Shown here in pieces: positions 54,824-64,000 of a stretch of 64,000 nt of DNA (position 1 is its first letter; each line of letters begins with the position of its first letter). A program made the translations under genes and the position numbers. Source of the DNA: an uncultured Bacilli bacterium. GTDB taxonomy: Bacteria > Bacillota_I > Bacilli_A > RF39 > UBA660. The notes beneath the pieces are model-generated. The model was not told the origin of the DNA. It saw nothing but the letters and a program-made list of their open reading frames with translations, and ran no database searches. Location: contig CANRFQ010000001.1 of the NCBI GenBank assembly GCA_947629935.1, positions 22,444-86,443 of the forward strand. The letters run 5' to 3'.

Positions 54824-57433
54824 TCAAACACCATAACTCATTTTCTTTTTTTTCATTAATAATTTTCGTAAAAAATCCACTGGAATAACTGTCATTGCAA
54901 CAATAATCACAAAGGCAAATTCCGCCCATTTTAAACCGTATGTTCTAAATAAATCGCCGCCAAAATAAATTAAGTAAATTTGCACAAAGATAATAAGGAG
55001 AAAGGTTGCTAAAAAGACTTTATTTTTCATAATATTGGCAAGGAGATTTAATCTTTCGGTTCGGGCATTAAAAGCATTAAAGATACTCATAAAGATAAAT
55101 AGTGCAAAGTAAGCGGTCATTAAATAACGAGCATTATCACCGACTCTAATAAAATCTTTAATAAATGGTAATTTTAAAAACAAAATACATAAAATTGCTG
55201 AGTAAAAACCGGTAAATAGTATTTCTGTATACATATAGCGATTGATAATAGGCTCATCTTTTCTTTTTGGATGTTCTTGCATGTAATCAAGAAGTGGCGG
55301 TTCAAAAGAAAATGCTACACCCGCTAAAGTATCCATAATCATATTAATCCAAAGCATTTGCACAATTGTAATCGGGGTATTAATTCCAATAAACGGTCCC
55401 ACTATCGATAAAGTAACAGCACAAATATTGACAGTTAATTGAAATATAATAAATTTACGAATACTTTTAAAAATAGTTCGGCCAAATAAAATAGCTTTAC
55501 TGATTGATAAAATATTATCATCCATTATGACAACATCCGCCGCACTTTTGGCCACTTCGGTTCCACTTCCCATCGCAAAACCGACATCACATTTTTTTAA
55601 GGCCGGTGCATCATTGACCCCATCTCCAGTCATTCCCACTACTAAGTTTAAAGACTGTCCTATTCTAACTAAACGACTTTTATCACTTGGTAAAGCCCGG
55701 GCAATTATTTTTATTTTGGGTAAAAGTTTACTTATTTCTTCATCTGACAAACTTTGTAAATCTTTACTAGTTAAAATTAAGTCTTCAGGACTTTGAAGTA
55801 AATTGATTTCTTTGCCAATAGCCATGGCTGTTTCTTTGGAGTCTCCAGTAATCATAATCGTTTGAATATGCGCGTCGCTAACTAACTTTAAGCCTTCAAT
55901 TGATTCGGAGCGTATTTCATCTTTGATTAAAATGATCCCTACTAATGTCAGGTTTTCAAAATAATTAATATCGTGTAATTCCTCATTAATAGCCATTACT
56001 AAGACCCGTGTCCCTTTACTAGTTTCTTTTTGAATTAAATTTAAGATAGCACTTTGATTAGTTAATACTCTTTTATGGCCATCTTCTTTATAATAATATT
56101 TACAATAGGGTAAAATTTTTTCTTGAGCTCCTTTAATTAAAGCGAGCTTTTTTCCGACATCGATAGTTGTAATTGCATATTTATTCGCGCTATCAAAAGG
56201 AATTTTTGAAACAATTTTAATATTTTGATATTTCTTTTTACAGAAATTTAGTAAGGCTCGATCAGTGATATTCCCACCAATTATTTTACCAGTGTTATCT
56301 ATTTCACAGGCATTATTAATTGACATAGATAAATCTACCAAATATTCTAATTTTTTAAACTTTTCTATTTCAAAATGATTTGTGTATCTTCGTAAATCCC
56401 CTGTCACAAAATTAGTTACTTCCAGTTTACCTTTAGTAATTGTTCCCGTTTTATCAGTTAAGAGTAAATTAATACTTCCCGCCGTTTCAATACCTACTAA
56501 TTTTCGGACTAAAACATTTTCTTTCAGCATCCTTTTCATATTTGAAGATAAGACTAAGGTAATCATCATCGGTAATCCTTCAGGTACGGCAACGACAATT
56601 ATTGTGACACTTAAAGTTAATGCATATAAAATATATTCAAACATAACATGAAAGTTAGTAAGAGTAGCCGAAATTGCACTCCATTCAAAATTGTTATTAA
56701 TAACGATTACGGAAAATAAATAGGAAAATGAAACAAGTCCGGCCCCAATATAACCAATTTTACTTATTACTTTGGCTAAACCACGCAATTTAATTTTTAA
56801 AGGACTATCAGGTTGCTTTTCTTGAACTTCTAAGGCTAAAGCCCCATAAATAGTTTTATCTCCTACTTCCGTAACTAGCATTTTCCCCTCTTTATTAACA
56901 ACGACGCTACCTCTTAAAACTTTATTATCTTTTAAAGGAGTCTTTTCTTTTTCTTTAGTTTCACCATTTAAAACGGATTCATCAACATCAACAACGCCTT
57001 CAATAATTATACCATCCGCCGGTACTTTATCCCCAGAAGAAAGTAAAATGATATCATCTTTAACAACTTCATCAATATTAATTTCTTTAATACTACCATT
57101 GCGAAGTACTTTAGTCATTGTTCTTTCCGCTTCTTCTTGTAATCTTTTAAAGGCCTGCTCACTACCATATTCACTAATTGTAGAAATAAAGGAAGCTAGA
57201 AAAATAGCAATTACAATTCCTAATGTTTCAAACCAATCAAAATCTTTAAACAAAAAAACTACTTTAATTGCTAAAGCAATGAGTAAGATTTTAATTATAG
57301 GATCGCCTAAAGATTCCAGTAACAATTTAAAAAAGCCATCTTGTTTTTTGTTTGTTATTGTATTACTGCCATATTTTTTTCTAGATACTATTACTTCTTC
57401 TTCGCTTAAACCATTGCTATAATTTTTATTCAT
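54824..57433 (-). CDS. P-type cation-transporting ATPase (type II, Ca2+/Mg2+-like); start at the ATG preceded by GGAGGA
   Basis: DKTGTIT phosphorylation site, TGDGVNDAPAL hinge and 10 TM segments. About 869 aa. Confidence 0.85.
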   Translation of the reverse strand: MNKNYSNGLSEEEVIVSRKKYGSNTITNKKQDGFFKLLLESLGDPIIKILLIALAIKVVFLFKDFDWFETLGIVIAIFLASFISTISEYGSEQAFKRLQEEAERTMTKVLRNGSIKEINIDEVVKDDIILLSSGDKVPADGIIIEGVVDVDESVLNGETKEKEKTPLKDNKVLRGSVVVNKEGKMLVTEVGDKTIYGALALEVQEKQPDSPLKIKLRGLAKVISKIGYIGAGLVSFSYLFSVIVINNNFEWSAISATLTNFHVMFEYILYALTLSVTIIVVAVPEGLPMMITLVLSSNMKRMLKENVLVRKLVGIETAGSINLLLTDKTGTITKGKLEVTNFVTGDLRRYTNHFEIEKFKKLEYLVDLSMSINNACEIDNTGKIIGGNITDRALLNFCKKKYQNIKIVSKIPFDSANKYAITTIDVGKKLALIKGAQEKILPYCKYYYKEDGHKRVLTNQSAILNLIQKETSKGTRVLVMAINEELHDINYFENLTLVGIILIKDEIRSESIEGLKLVSDAHIQTIMITGDSKETAMAIGKEINLLQSPEDLILTSKDLQSLSDEEISKLLPKIKIIARALPSDKSRLVRIGQSLNLVVGMTGDGVNDAPALKKCDVGFAMGSGTEVAKSAADVVIMDDNILSISKAILFGRTIFKSIRKFIIFQLTVNICAVTLSIVGPFIGINTPITIVQMLWINMIMDTLAGVAFSFEPPLLDYMQEHPKRKDEPIINRYMYTEILFTGFYSAILCILFLKLPFIKDFIRVGDNARYLMTAYFALFIFMSIFNAFNARTERLNLLANIMKNKVFLATFLLIIFVQIYLIYFGGDLFRTYGLKWAEFAFVIIVAMTVIPVDFLRKLLMKKKKMSYGV

Positions 57434-57656
57434 ATTGTCCTCCACAACAATATATGTGAGAAGAAAAATATTTATGCTCTTCATTTGATTTTTAAAGTAT
57501 TAAAAAATCGTCAGAATTTGACGAACGATTTTAATTTATTTTTATTGTCTAGCTTTTTATAATATTTACTCGAGTGCTATCTGGGGCATCTACCATTTTA
57601 CATCTGGGTAAAGCATAATCCTATGGGGTTTTGGTTTATAAGGAAGTGGATGTGTT

Positions 57657-57728
57657 ATGAAAAAGCTATTAGTTTATCTAAAAGTGATTATCATTATAAA
57701 AATTTTAAATATCCTAGAAGATATTTAA
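57657..57728 (+). CDS. Conserved 23-codon ORF, copy 2 (MKKLLVYLKVIIIIKILNILEDI); coding status uncertain
   Basis: Identical RBS context to copy 1. The frame is preserved. Confidence 0.2.
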   Translation: MKKLLVYLKVIIIIKILNILEDI

Positions 57729-57812
57729 ATTAAAATGACGCCCACTTAAGAAGTGATTTTTAAGTATGGCGTCTACAAAAAACAACGTAGATGCTATTCA
57801 TTTAGCACTTAC
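57726..57812 (-). ncRNA. Candidate small RNA, copy 2 (promoter -35 57842-57847, -10 57819-57824; terminator 57735-57774)
   Basis: Same architecture as copy 1. The terminator loop carries compensatory substitutions. Confidence 0.35.
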
Positions 57813-57867
57813 ATTTTTATTATATACTTTCCTTTTTTATTTTACAACTCAAATCTGACAATTTCTT

Positions 57868-58998
57868 TTATAAATATTTTTTATATTCTCTAAACTCAGA
57901 GCTATTTTCTAAATCCGTATCAGCGAGTTCTTTAAATAATTTCTTCTGATTTCTATCAAGTTTTGTGGGAATAATAATTTTAGTTACCACAAACATATCT
58001 CCTTTTTTCAAAGAGTTTGGCACTTTTATACCTTTACCGCGTAGTTTTAGTTTAGCACCATTTTGTGTACCTTCTTTAATTTCTAAAATAACATTGCCAT
58101 AAATCGTTGGTATTTCTTTTTTACAACCAAGAGCTGCTTCGGTTATAGTAAGAGGAAGTTCAAAATAAATATCTTCTTCATCTCTTTCAAAAATAGGATG
58201 ATCTTTGACATTAAACTCGATATAAATATCACCATTAGGACCACCATTATAACCAGCTGATCCTTTGCCAGAAATTCTAATTTTATTACCAGTATCTACT
58301 CCTTCTGGTACCTTAACAACTATTTCTTTATTTTTAGTTATATGGCCTTTACCACGACAAGCACTACATGTTGTTTTAAAAGTTTTGCCAGTGCCATTAC
58401 AGTCAGGACAAGTACTTTCGGATTGAAAGACACCAAACATAGTTTGTTGTTGTTGAATTACTCGGCCTCGACCTCCACAAGTAGAACAAGTAGATTCGTC
58501 AAAGCCACCTTTACCATCACATTTATCACATTTTTCATCTAAATCTAATTTTAAGGACTTTTCACAACCAAATACGGCTTCTTCAAAAGTTAAGTTCATT
58601 CGAATTAAAGAGTCTTGACCTTTAACGGGACGATTTTTCCGATTTGAACGACCGCCAAAACCACCAAAGCCACCAAAAGCTCCTCCAAATAAATCCCCAA
58701 AAATGGAACTTAAATCTATATCGTCGGTACTAAATCCGGAAAAGCCACCAAAACCACCCCCGGCATTAGGGTCAAAAGCCACATGACCAAATTGATCATA
58801 TTGACGACGTTTTTCAGGGTCCGATAAAATAGCATAAGCTTCCCCTATTTCTTTAAACTTTTCTTCCGCTCCTGGTTCTTTATTAACATCGGGATGGTAT
58901 TGTTTGGCTAGTTTACGAAATGAACGTTTTATTTCATCTTCAGTCGCATTTTTAGAAACACCTAAGACCTCATAATAGTCTCTTTTATTACTGTTCAT
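57868..58998 (-). CDS. dnaJ: Chaperone DnaJ
   Basis: J-domain with HPD (YHPDVN), a Gly-rich linker, and four CxxCxGxG zinc-finger repeats. 376 aa. Confidence 0.9.
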   Translation of the reverse strand: MNSNKRDYYEVLGVSKNATEDEIKRSFRKLAKQYHPDVNKEPGAEEKFKEIGEAYAILSDPEKRRQYDQFGHVAFDPNAGGGFGGFSGFSTDDIDLSSIFGDLFGGAFGGFGGFGGRSNRKNRPVKGQDSLIRMNLTFEEAVFGCEKSLKLDLDEKCDKCDGKGGFDESTCSTCGGRGRVIQQQQTMFGVFQSESTCPDCNGTGKTFKTTCSACRGKGHITKNKEIVVKVPEGVDTGNKIRISGKGSAGYNGGPNGDIYIEFNVKDHPIFERDEEDIYFELPLTITEAALGCKKEIPTIYGNVILEIKEGTQNGAKLKLRGKGIKVPNSLKKGDMFVVTKIIIPTKLDRNQKKLFKELADTDLENSSEFREYKKYL

Positions 58999-59009
58999 AT
59001 TTAAAACCT

Positions 59010-60818
59010 CTATTCTTTATACAATTTTTTTAAATCTAAAACCAAGCCATCAAAATAGTTAAAGGTGTCTTCAATAGTTTCAGTTTTACTCATATCTACT
59101 CCCACTACTTTTAGAGATTCAATTGGGGTTTTAGTTTGACCAAGTTTCAAAAATTCTAGATATTTTTGAACAATGTCTTTATCACCACTTAATATTTTCA
59201 TAGCAATATTAATAGCTGCGGCGTAAGCTGTAGCATATTGATAAACATAAAAATTCATATAAAAGTGAGGAATTCTTTCCCATTCATATTTTATGATATC
59301 ATCCACTACGATATTTTTTCCGTAATATTCCTTATTCAAATTATAATAAATATCACACAAGCTACTATAAGTTAAAGTTTGACCACTTTGATCTTTTTCA
59401 TGAATAATTTTTTCAAATTCCGCAAACATCGTTTGGCGATATATGGATGCTTTAAAATCTTGGATTAAATCATCTAGTAAATATTTCTTTTCATTTATGT
59501 CTTTCGTATGAGCAATTAAATATTTACTAAGTAAAATTTGATTTACTTGACTAGCTACTTCGGCCACAAATATCGAATATTCATAATCCTGAAAAGCTTG
59601 ATTTTTAATAGCATAATAATAATGCATAGCATGACCTAATTCATGAGCTAAAGTTGACACACTATATAAAGAACCATCAAAACTTAATAAAACATAAGGA
59701 TGGGCATTATAACATACTGTACAATAGGCGCCATTTCTTTTCCCTTTATTAGGACAAAAATCAATCCATCTTTCTGTAAAGGCCTTATTTAAGTCATTAA
59801 TGTAAGTGTCCCCTAAAACATGCAAAGCTTTATTAAGTAATTCTTTAGCGTCCGTTTCGGTATATTTTTTCTTAACCTGTTTAACAATTGGAGCATACGT
59901 ATCATAAATGTGAAGACTTGATAAATGTAAGGCCTCCTTTTTTAAGTGCCAATATTTAGATAATGGAGAAATATTATTTTTTACGGTTTTTATTAAATTA
60001 TCATATATTTCATCAGGAATGTCATTATTATATAAAGAACAATTTAAAGCACTCTTATAACCTCTTATATCAGCTAATCTATTATTTTTATTAACTTCAG
60101 CCATTAATAAAGAAGCATAAGTATTTTTGAAATTACTATAAGTTTCATGCAACTTTTTAAAAGCATTCTTTCTTAATTTTCTATCATTAGATTCTAAAAA
60201 TTTACGATAATTTTGCTCGGATAATTCGATTTTTTGACCTTTTTCATCTTTAATTGAACCAAATGTTAAATCTGCATCAGTTAAAAGTGAATAAACATCA
60301 TCAACTGTTCGAAAAGTACTAGAAACACTAGATAATAGTTTTTCTTCTTTATCACTTAAAATGTATTTTTTTACTTTAAATATATCTTTTAAATTGCGAG
60401 CAAATTCTTGAAGACCATTTTCTTCGGCAATGTATTTCAAGATTAAATCATAATCGTTGCTTAATAGTTCAGGCCCAATATAAGCAGATTCTCTTTTTAC
60501 TTTTTCATAAAGTTTTAAAACTTTACCCATTAGTTCTTGATAAAAAGTATTAGTCGTATCTTGATCATTTTGTAAATGAGCATAAACATATACTTGTTCT
60601 AATTTTTGTTCAAAATCCCTATCAAACTTTAATAAAGCCAGTAAAGATTTCGAACTATCTAAAATGTGTCCTTCATATTTTTTATATTCTTCCACTTGGG
60701 TATCTAAATAATTATAGTCTTCATAAAAATCTTCGATTGTATTATATAAATCTTTAACATTCCATTTTAAATTATCTGCAAACTCTTCTCTTTTTTTTGC
60801 CACTTTCTTTTCCTCCAT
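59010..60818 (-). CDS. pepF: Oligoendopeptidase F (M3B family), located between dnaK and dnaJ
   Basis: HELGHAMH zinc motif. 602 aa. Typical M3B length. Confidence 0.85.
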   Translation of the reverse strand: MEEKKVAKKREEFADNLKWNVKDLYNTIEDFYEDYNYLDTQVEEYKKYEGHILDSSKSLLALLKFDRDFEQKLEQVYVYAHLQNDQDTTNTFYQELMGKVLKLYEKVKRESAYIGPELLSNDYDLILKYIAEENGLQEFARNLKDIFKVKKYILSDKEEKLLSSVSSTFRTVDDVYSLLTDADLTFGSIKDEKGQKIELSEQNYRKFLESNDRKLRKNAFKKLHETYSNFKNTYASLLMAEVNKNNRLADIRGYKSALNCSLYNNDIPDEIYDNLIKTVKNNISPLSKYWHLKKEALHLSSLHIYDTYAPIVKQVKKKYTETDAKELLNKALHVLGDTYINDLNKAFTERWIDFCPNKGKRNGAYCTVCYNAHPYVLLSFDGSLYSVSTLAHELGHAMHYYYAIKNQAFQDYEYSIFVAEVASQVNQILLSKYLIAHTKDINEKKYLLDDLIQDFKASIYRQTMFAEFEKIIHEKDQSGQTLTYSSLCDIYYNLNKEYYGKNIVVDDIIKYEWERIPHFYMNFYVYQYATAYAAAINIAMKILSGDKDIVQKYLEFLKLGQTKTPIESLKVVGVDMSKTETIEDTFNYFDGLVLDLKKLYKE

Positions 60819-60854
60819 TAACTTATAAGAAGAGAGAATAAATCTCTCTTTTTA

Positions 60855-62690
60855 TTATTTTTCTTCATATGATGCTTCTTCAACATCATCATCTTTTTTG
60901 GCTTTTTTATCTTCATTTTCGGAAGCTTCAGCAGTTGCTTCAGTTTGATTAGCTTTAGCTGCTTCTTCATAAGCCTTAGTTGCTAATTTCATTGCTGATT
61001 CATTTAAAGCGTCTTTTTTGGCTTTAATTTCTTCGATGTCATTTTTCTCAATAGCTTCTTTTAATTCTTTGATCTTGTCTTCAGCATCTTCTTTATCCTT
61101 TTTATCAATCTTATCGCCTAAATCTTTAATAGCTTTTTCCGTAGCAAAGATAATTTGATCAGCATCATTTCTTATTTCCGCTTCTTCTTTTTTCTTATTA
61201 TCTGCTTCTTTATTAGCTTCGGCTTCTTTCATCATTTTTTCAATTTCTTCATCAGTTAAGTTAGTTGATGATGTAATTGTTATAGATTGTTCTTTATTAG
61301 TTCCTAAATCTTTAGCAGATACATGAACAATACCATTAGCATCAATATCAAATTTAACTTCAATTTGTGGAACTCCTCTTGGTGCTGGAGGAATATCTCC
61401 AAGTTGGAATCTTCCTAATGTTTTATTGTCAGACACCATTGGACGTTCCCCTTGTAAAATGTGAATATCAACAGCTGGTTGATTATCAGCAGCAGTTGAG
61501 AATACTTGCGATTTACTTGTTGGAATAGTTGTATTTCTTGGAATTAAGACAGTCATAACATTTCCTAAAGTTTCAATACCTAATGATAATGGTGTAACAT
61601 CAAGTAATACTAAGTCATCAACTTCACCTGTTAAAACTCCACCTTGAATAGCAGCACCCATTGCGACAACTTCATCTGGGTTAACTTCTTTAGAAGGTTC
61701 TTGACCAAGTTCTTTTTTAACAAGTTCTTGAATATAAGGAATACGAGTAGAACCACCAACTAAAATAACTTTATTAATATCACTTGCTTTTAGTTTAGCG
61801 TCTTTTAAAGCTTTACGAACAGCATCCATTGTACTATCAAATAAATCACGACATAAATCTTCAAATTTAGCACGTGTAAGTTCCATTTCTAAATGAAGTG
61901 GTCCGTCTTCACCTTGAGATATAAATGGCAAACTAATTTGCGTAGTAGTCATACCAGATAAATCTTTTTTGGCTTTTTCAGCGGCATCTTTTAAACGTTG
62001 AACAGCCATTTTATCTTTTGATAAATCAACACCGTTATCTTTTTTAAATGTTTCTACTAAATAATCAATAATTTTTTGATCGAAGTCATCTCCACCTAAA
62101 CGGTTATTACCACTAGTTGATTTAACTTCATATACACCATCACCTAATTCTAGAATAGAAACATCAAATGTACCTCCCCCTAAATCATAAACTAAGATAG
62201 TATGTAAATTATCTTGTTTATCAGCACCATAAGCAAGCGCCGCTGCTGTAGGTTCATTAATAATACGTTTTACATCAAGACCCGCTATTTTACCAGCATT
62301 TTTCGTAGCTTGACGTTCCGCATCATTAAAGTAAGCAGGTACGGTAATTACAGCTTCCGTTACTTTTTCACCTAAATAAGCCTCCGCATCAGCTTTTAGT
62401 TTTCCTAAAATCATCGCACTTACTTCTTCAGGTGTATATTTTTTACCACTAATTTCCACTTTTTCACTTGTTCCCATTTTTCTTTTAATGGAAATAACTG
62501 TTTTATCAGGATTAGCAATAGCCCCACGCTTAGCAGCAGCTCCAACTATTGTTTCATCATCTTTTTTTAAGACTACAGATGGAGTTGTTCTTTCTCCTTC
62601 TGCATTAGTAATTACGGTAGGATTTCCTCCTTCCATAACTGCGACACAACTATTTGTTGTACCTAAATCAATACCTATTATTTTACCCAT
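60855..62690 (-). CDS. dnaK: Chaperone DnaK (Hsp70); ATG start [14 protein letters not shown]
   Basis: [16 protein letters not shown] and the DnaK substrate-binding domain. The C-terminus is EEVD-like acidic. Confidence 0.95.
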   Translation of the reverse strand: MGKIIGIDLGTTNSCVAVMEGGNPTVITNAEGERTTPSVVLKKDDETIVGAAAKRGAIANPDKTVISIKRKMGTSEKVEISGKKYTPEEVSAMILGKLKADAEAYLGEKVTEAVITVPAYFNDAERQATKNAGKIAGLDVKRIINEPTAAALAYGADKQDNLHTILVYDLGGGTFDVSILELGDGVYEVKSTSGNNRLGGDDFDQKIIDYLVETFKKDNGVDLSKDKMAVQRLKDAAEKAKKDLSGMTTTQISLPFISQGEDGPLHLEMELTRAKFEDLCRDLFDSTMDAVRKALKDAKLKASDINKVILVGGSTRIPYIQELVKKELGQEPSKEVNPDEVVAMGAAIQGGVLTGEVDDLVLLDVTPLSLGIETLGNVMTVLIPRNTTIPTSKSQVFSTAADNQPAVDIHILQGERPMVSDNKTLGRFQLGDIPPAPRGVPQIEVKFDIDANGIVHVSAKDLGTNKEQSITITSSTNLTDEEIEKMMKEAEANKEADNKKKEEAEIRNDADQIIFATEKAIKDLGDKIDKKDKEDAEDKIKELKEAIEKNDIEEIKAKKDALNESAMKLATKAYEEAAKANQTEATAEASENEDKKAKKDDDVEEASYEEK

Positions 62691-62711
62691 ATTTATCACT
62701 CTTTCTATTTT

Positions 62712-63233
62712 TTACTCATTTACTTTGACCATTGCTGGTCTTATAACTTTATCTTTATAAGTATATCCTTTTTGTAAGACAGCCAGAACTATATTTGGCT
62801 CTTCTTCAATAATACTATCTTTTAAGACTGCTTCCATTTTATAAGGATCAAATTCTTGTCCTAAACAAGCAATTTCCTTAATTTCAAACTTTTCCAAAGT
62901 TTTTAAAAGATTAGCATAAATTAATTTAAACCCCGAAAGATATTTTTCATCAGTTGTTGTATCCATCTCAATTGCTCTTTCAAAGTCATCAATAACAGGA
63001 AGAATACTTTTAATAAATTCTTCACCATCATATTTTAATAACTTTTCTTTTTCTTCACTTGTTCTTCTTAAGACATTGGCAAGTTCTGCCTGCACTCTTA
63101 AACATTTATCATTAAGTAAAGTATTTTCTTCTTTTAATTTTTCTAATTCTTTATTAACCTTTGGCTTTTTCGGTTTTTCCTTTTTGACTTTTTCTTCCTC
63201 TTTTATTTCTTCTTGTTTTTTTTCTTCTTTCAT
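62712..63233 (-). CDS. grpE: Nucleotide exchange factor GrpE (ATG with an AGGAGA RBS immediately after the hrcA stop)
   Basis: Lys/Glu-rich N-terminus, a coiled coil and the C-terminal GrpE beta domain. About 173 aa. Confidence 0.85.
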   Translation of the reverse strand: MKEEKKQEEIKEEEKVKKEKPKKPKVNKELEKLKEENTLLNDKCLRVQAELANVLRRTSEEKEKLLKYDGEEFIKSILPVIDDFERAIEMDTTTDEKYLSGFKLIYANLLKTLEKFEIKEIACLGQEFDPYKMEAVLKDSIIEEEPNIVLAVLQKGYTYKDKVIRPAMVKVNE

Positions 63234-63243
63234 ATAGTCTCCT

Positions 63244-64000
63244 TTATCTATTACCAATATTTTGATTGATGTAATCTAGTAAAGCAATTACGCGATCATA
63301 TTCCATTCGCTTAGGTCCAACAATTGCTATTGTTCCTTCTTCCCCATTAATGTTATATTTAGTTTTAATAACTGTAACATCATCATCAAAATGATTATCT
63401 TGACCAATATAAACATTGATACCATTTTCATCTTCTTCAATATTTTTAATTAAATCTTCATCTTCAAATTTATTAATGATATTTTTAATTTTTGCAGCAT
63501 CAGAATATTCTGGCTGTTTTAACATATTAGCTTTTCCACTAAAGAAAACATTTGATGAATTTTTGGCAAAATCATTAAAAGCATCATAGAAAATGTTGTA
63601 AACTGCTTGATACTCACGCACCTTTTTCGCAATAATCGGTTTAATATCAAACTCTAAGCGCGCACTTACCTCATCTATGGGCGTTCCAACTAACATTTTA
63701 TTAATTATTTCACTTGTTTTAACAACTTCATCAATAAAAATATTTGGTGCTAAAGTAAACTGCTTATTTTCGACTATTCCTTTATCAGTACAAACTAAAG
63801 CCACAATTTTATTATCACTTAAAGGAATAATACTAACTTGTTTTAGTTCATTATCTTTACTACTTTTCCCTAAGACAATAGAAGTATAGTTAGTAATTTC
63901 GGAAATTATTTTAACACATTCATTAATAGCATCACTAACTTCTAAAGCATTATTATGAAAAATGGTTTGTAATTTTAAAACATCTTCACCTGTTAGTTCT
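63244..64000 (-). CDS. hrcA: Heat-inducible transcription repressor HrcA, C-terminal ~250 aa (5' end beyond the window)
   Basis: Position ahead of grpE-dnaK-dnaJ. A C-terminal ...IAIVGPKRMEYDRVIALLDYI HrcA motif. Confidence 0.85.
   Translation of the reverse strand, partial: ELTGEDVLKLQTIFHNNALEVSDAINECVKIISEITNYTSIVLGKSSKDNELKQVSIIPLSDNKIVALVCTDKGIVENKQFTLAPNIFIDEVVKTSEIINKMLVGTPIDEVSARLEFDIKPIIAKKVREYQAVYNIFYDAFNDFAKNSSNVFFSGKANMLKQPEYSDAAKIKNIINKFEDEDLIKNIEEDENGINVYIGQDNHFDDDVTVIKTKYNINGEEGTIAIVGPKRMEYDRVIALLDYINQNIGNR

Larger units (their letters stand above)
57503..57847. repeat. Copy 2 of the ~345-bp duplicated element (see 21086-21432)
   Basis: Aligned by eye, ~88% identity. It starts 20 nt after the dnaJ stop and ends ~20-70 nt before the ATPase start. 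Confidence 0.85.

Noticed and set aside
21432-57503. The 36-kb interval between the two repeat copies as an integrated mobile element or genomic island
   Set aside because: The interval contains no integrase, transposase or phage genes. It is filled with core housekeeping operons (mutL-miaA, argS, pnp, infB-nusA, trmL) in conserved order. The repeats are 345 bp at only ~88% identity, which is unlike att sites. Dispersed copies of a small functional or selfish element are a better explanation.
1-64000. CRISPR arrays, rRNA genes, prophage or IS elements
   Set aside because: No short direct-repeat/spacer arrays, no rRNA-like conserved blocks and no transposase or integrase-like ORFs were seen anywhere in the window.

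Overview
This is an AT-rich (~28% GC) chromosomal segment from a low-GC Firmicute, and almost every gene is on the minus strand. The phylum and strand bias are inferred from gene content (not a database search). Two gene sets co-occur. One is Mollicutes-like: a ClpB lacking its N-domain under a CIRCE/HrcA operator, and an hrcA-grpE-dnaK-(pepF)-dnaJ operon. The other is endospore-related: an intact sigK, spoIIP, a gpr-family protease and cotJ(A)B-cotJC. Together these resemble an Erysipelotrichia-type lineage, which is an inference.

Gene content is mostly housekeeping. It includes copZ-copA (copA runs off the 5' edge), a MATE efflux protein, tRNA-Met, cdsA-rseP, metG, clpB, corA, rpsT, mutL-miaA, yqeG-yqeH, a cysteine desulfurase, kduI, argS, rimP-nusA-infB-rbfA-truB-rpsO-pnp, trmL, a P-type ATPase and the dnaK operon (hrcA runs off the 3' edge). 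No CRISPR array, rRNA, transposase or integrase was recognised.

The most interesting signals are small and non-coding:
- A ~345-bp intergenic element occurs twice at ~88% identity (21086-21432 and 57503-57847). It carries a consensus minus-strand promoter, a ~85-nt candidate sRNA whose terminator loop differs by compensatory changes, a conserved 23-codon ORF with an RBS, and inverted-repeat arms.
- An unrelated compact locus beside tRNA-Met (4798-5135) combines a near-perfect promoter, a 25-aa hydrophobic peptide ORF, a convergent promoter and a bidirectional terminator. This resembles a type I toxin-antitoxin module.

Unusual protein architectures include a MATE transporter fused to a cytidylate-kinase-like domain, and a class B sortase with a ~290-aa cytoplasmic N-terminal extension beside an acidic surface protein. 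Two paralogous kinase-like proteins flank miaA, and an NrnA-like DHH phosphoesterase sits inside the nusA-infB operon. Coordinates derived by hand may be off by 1-2 nt.
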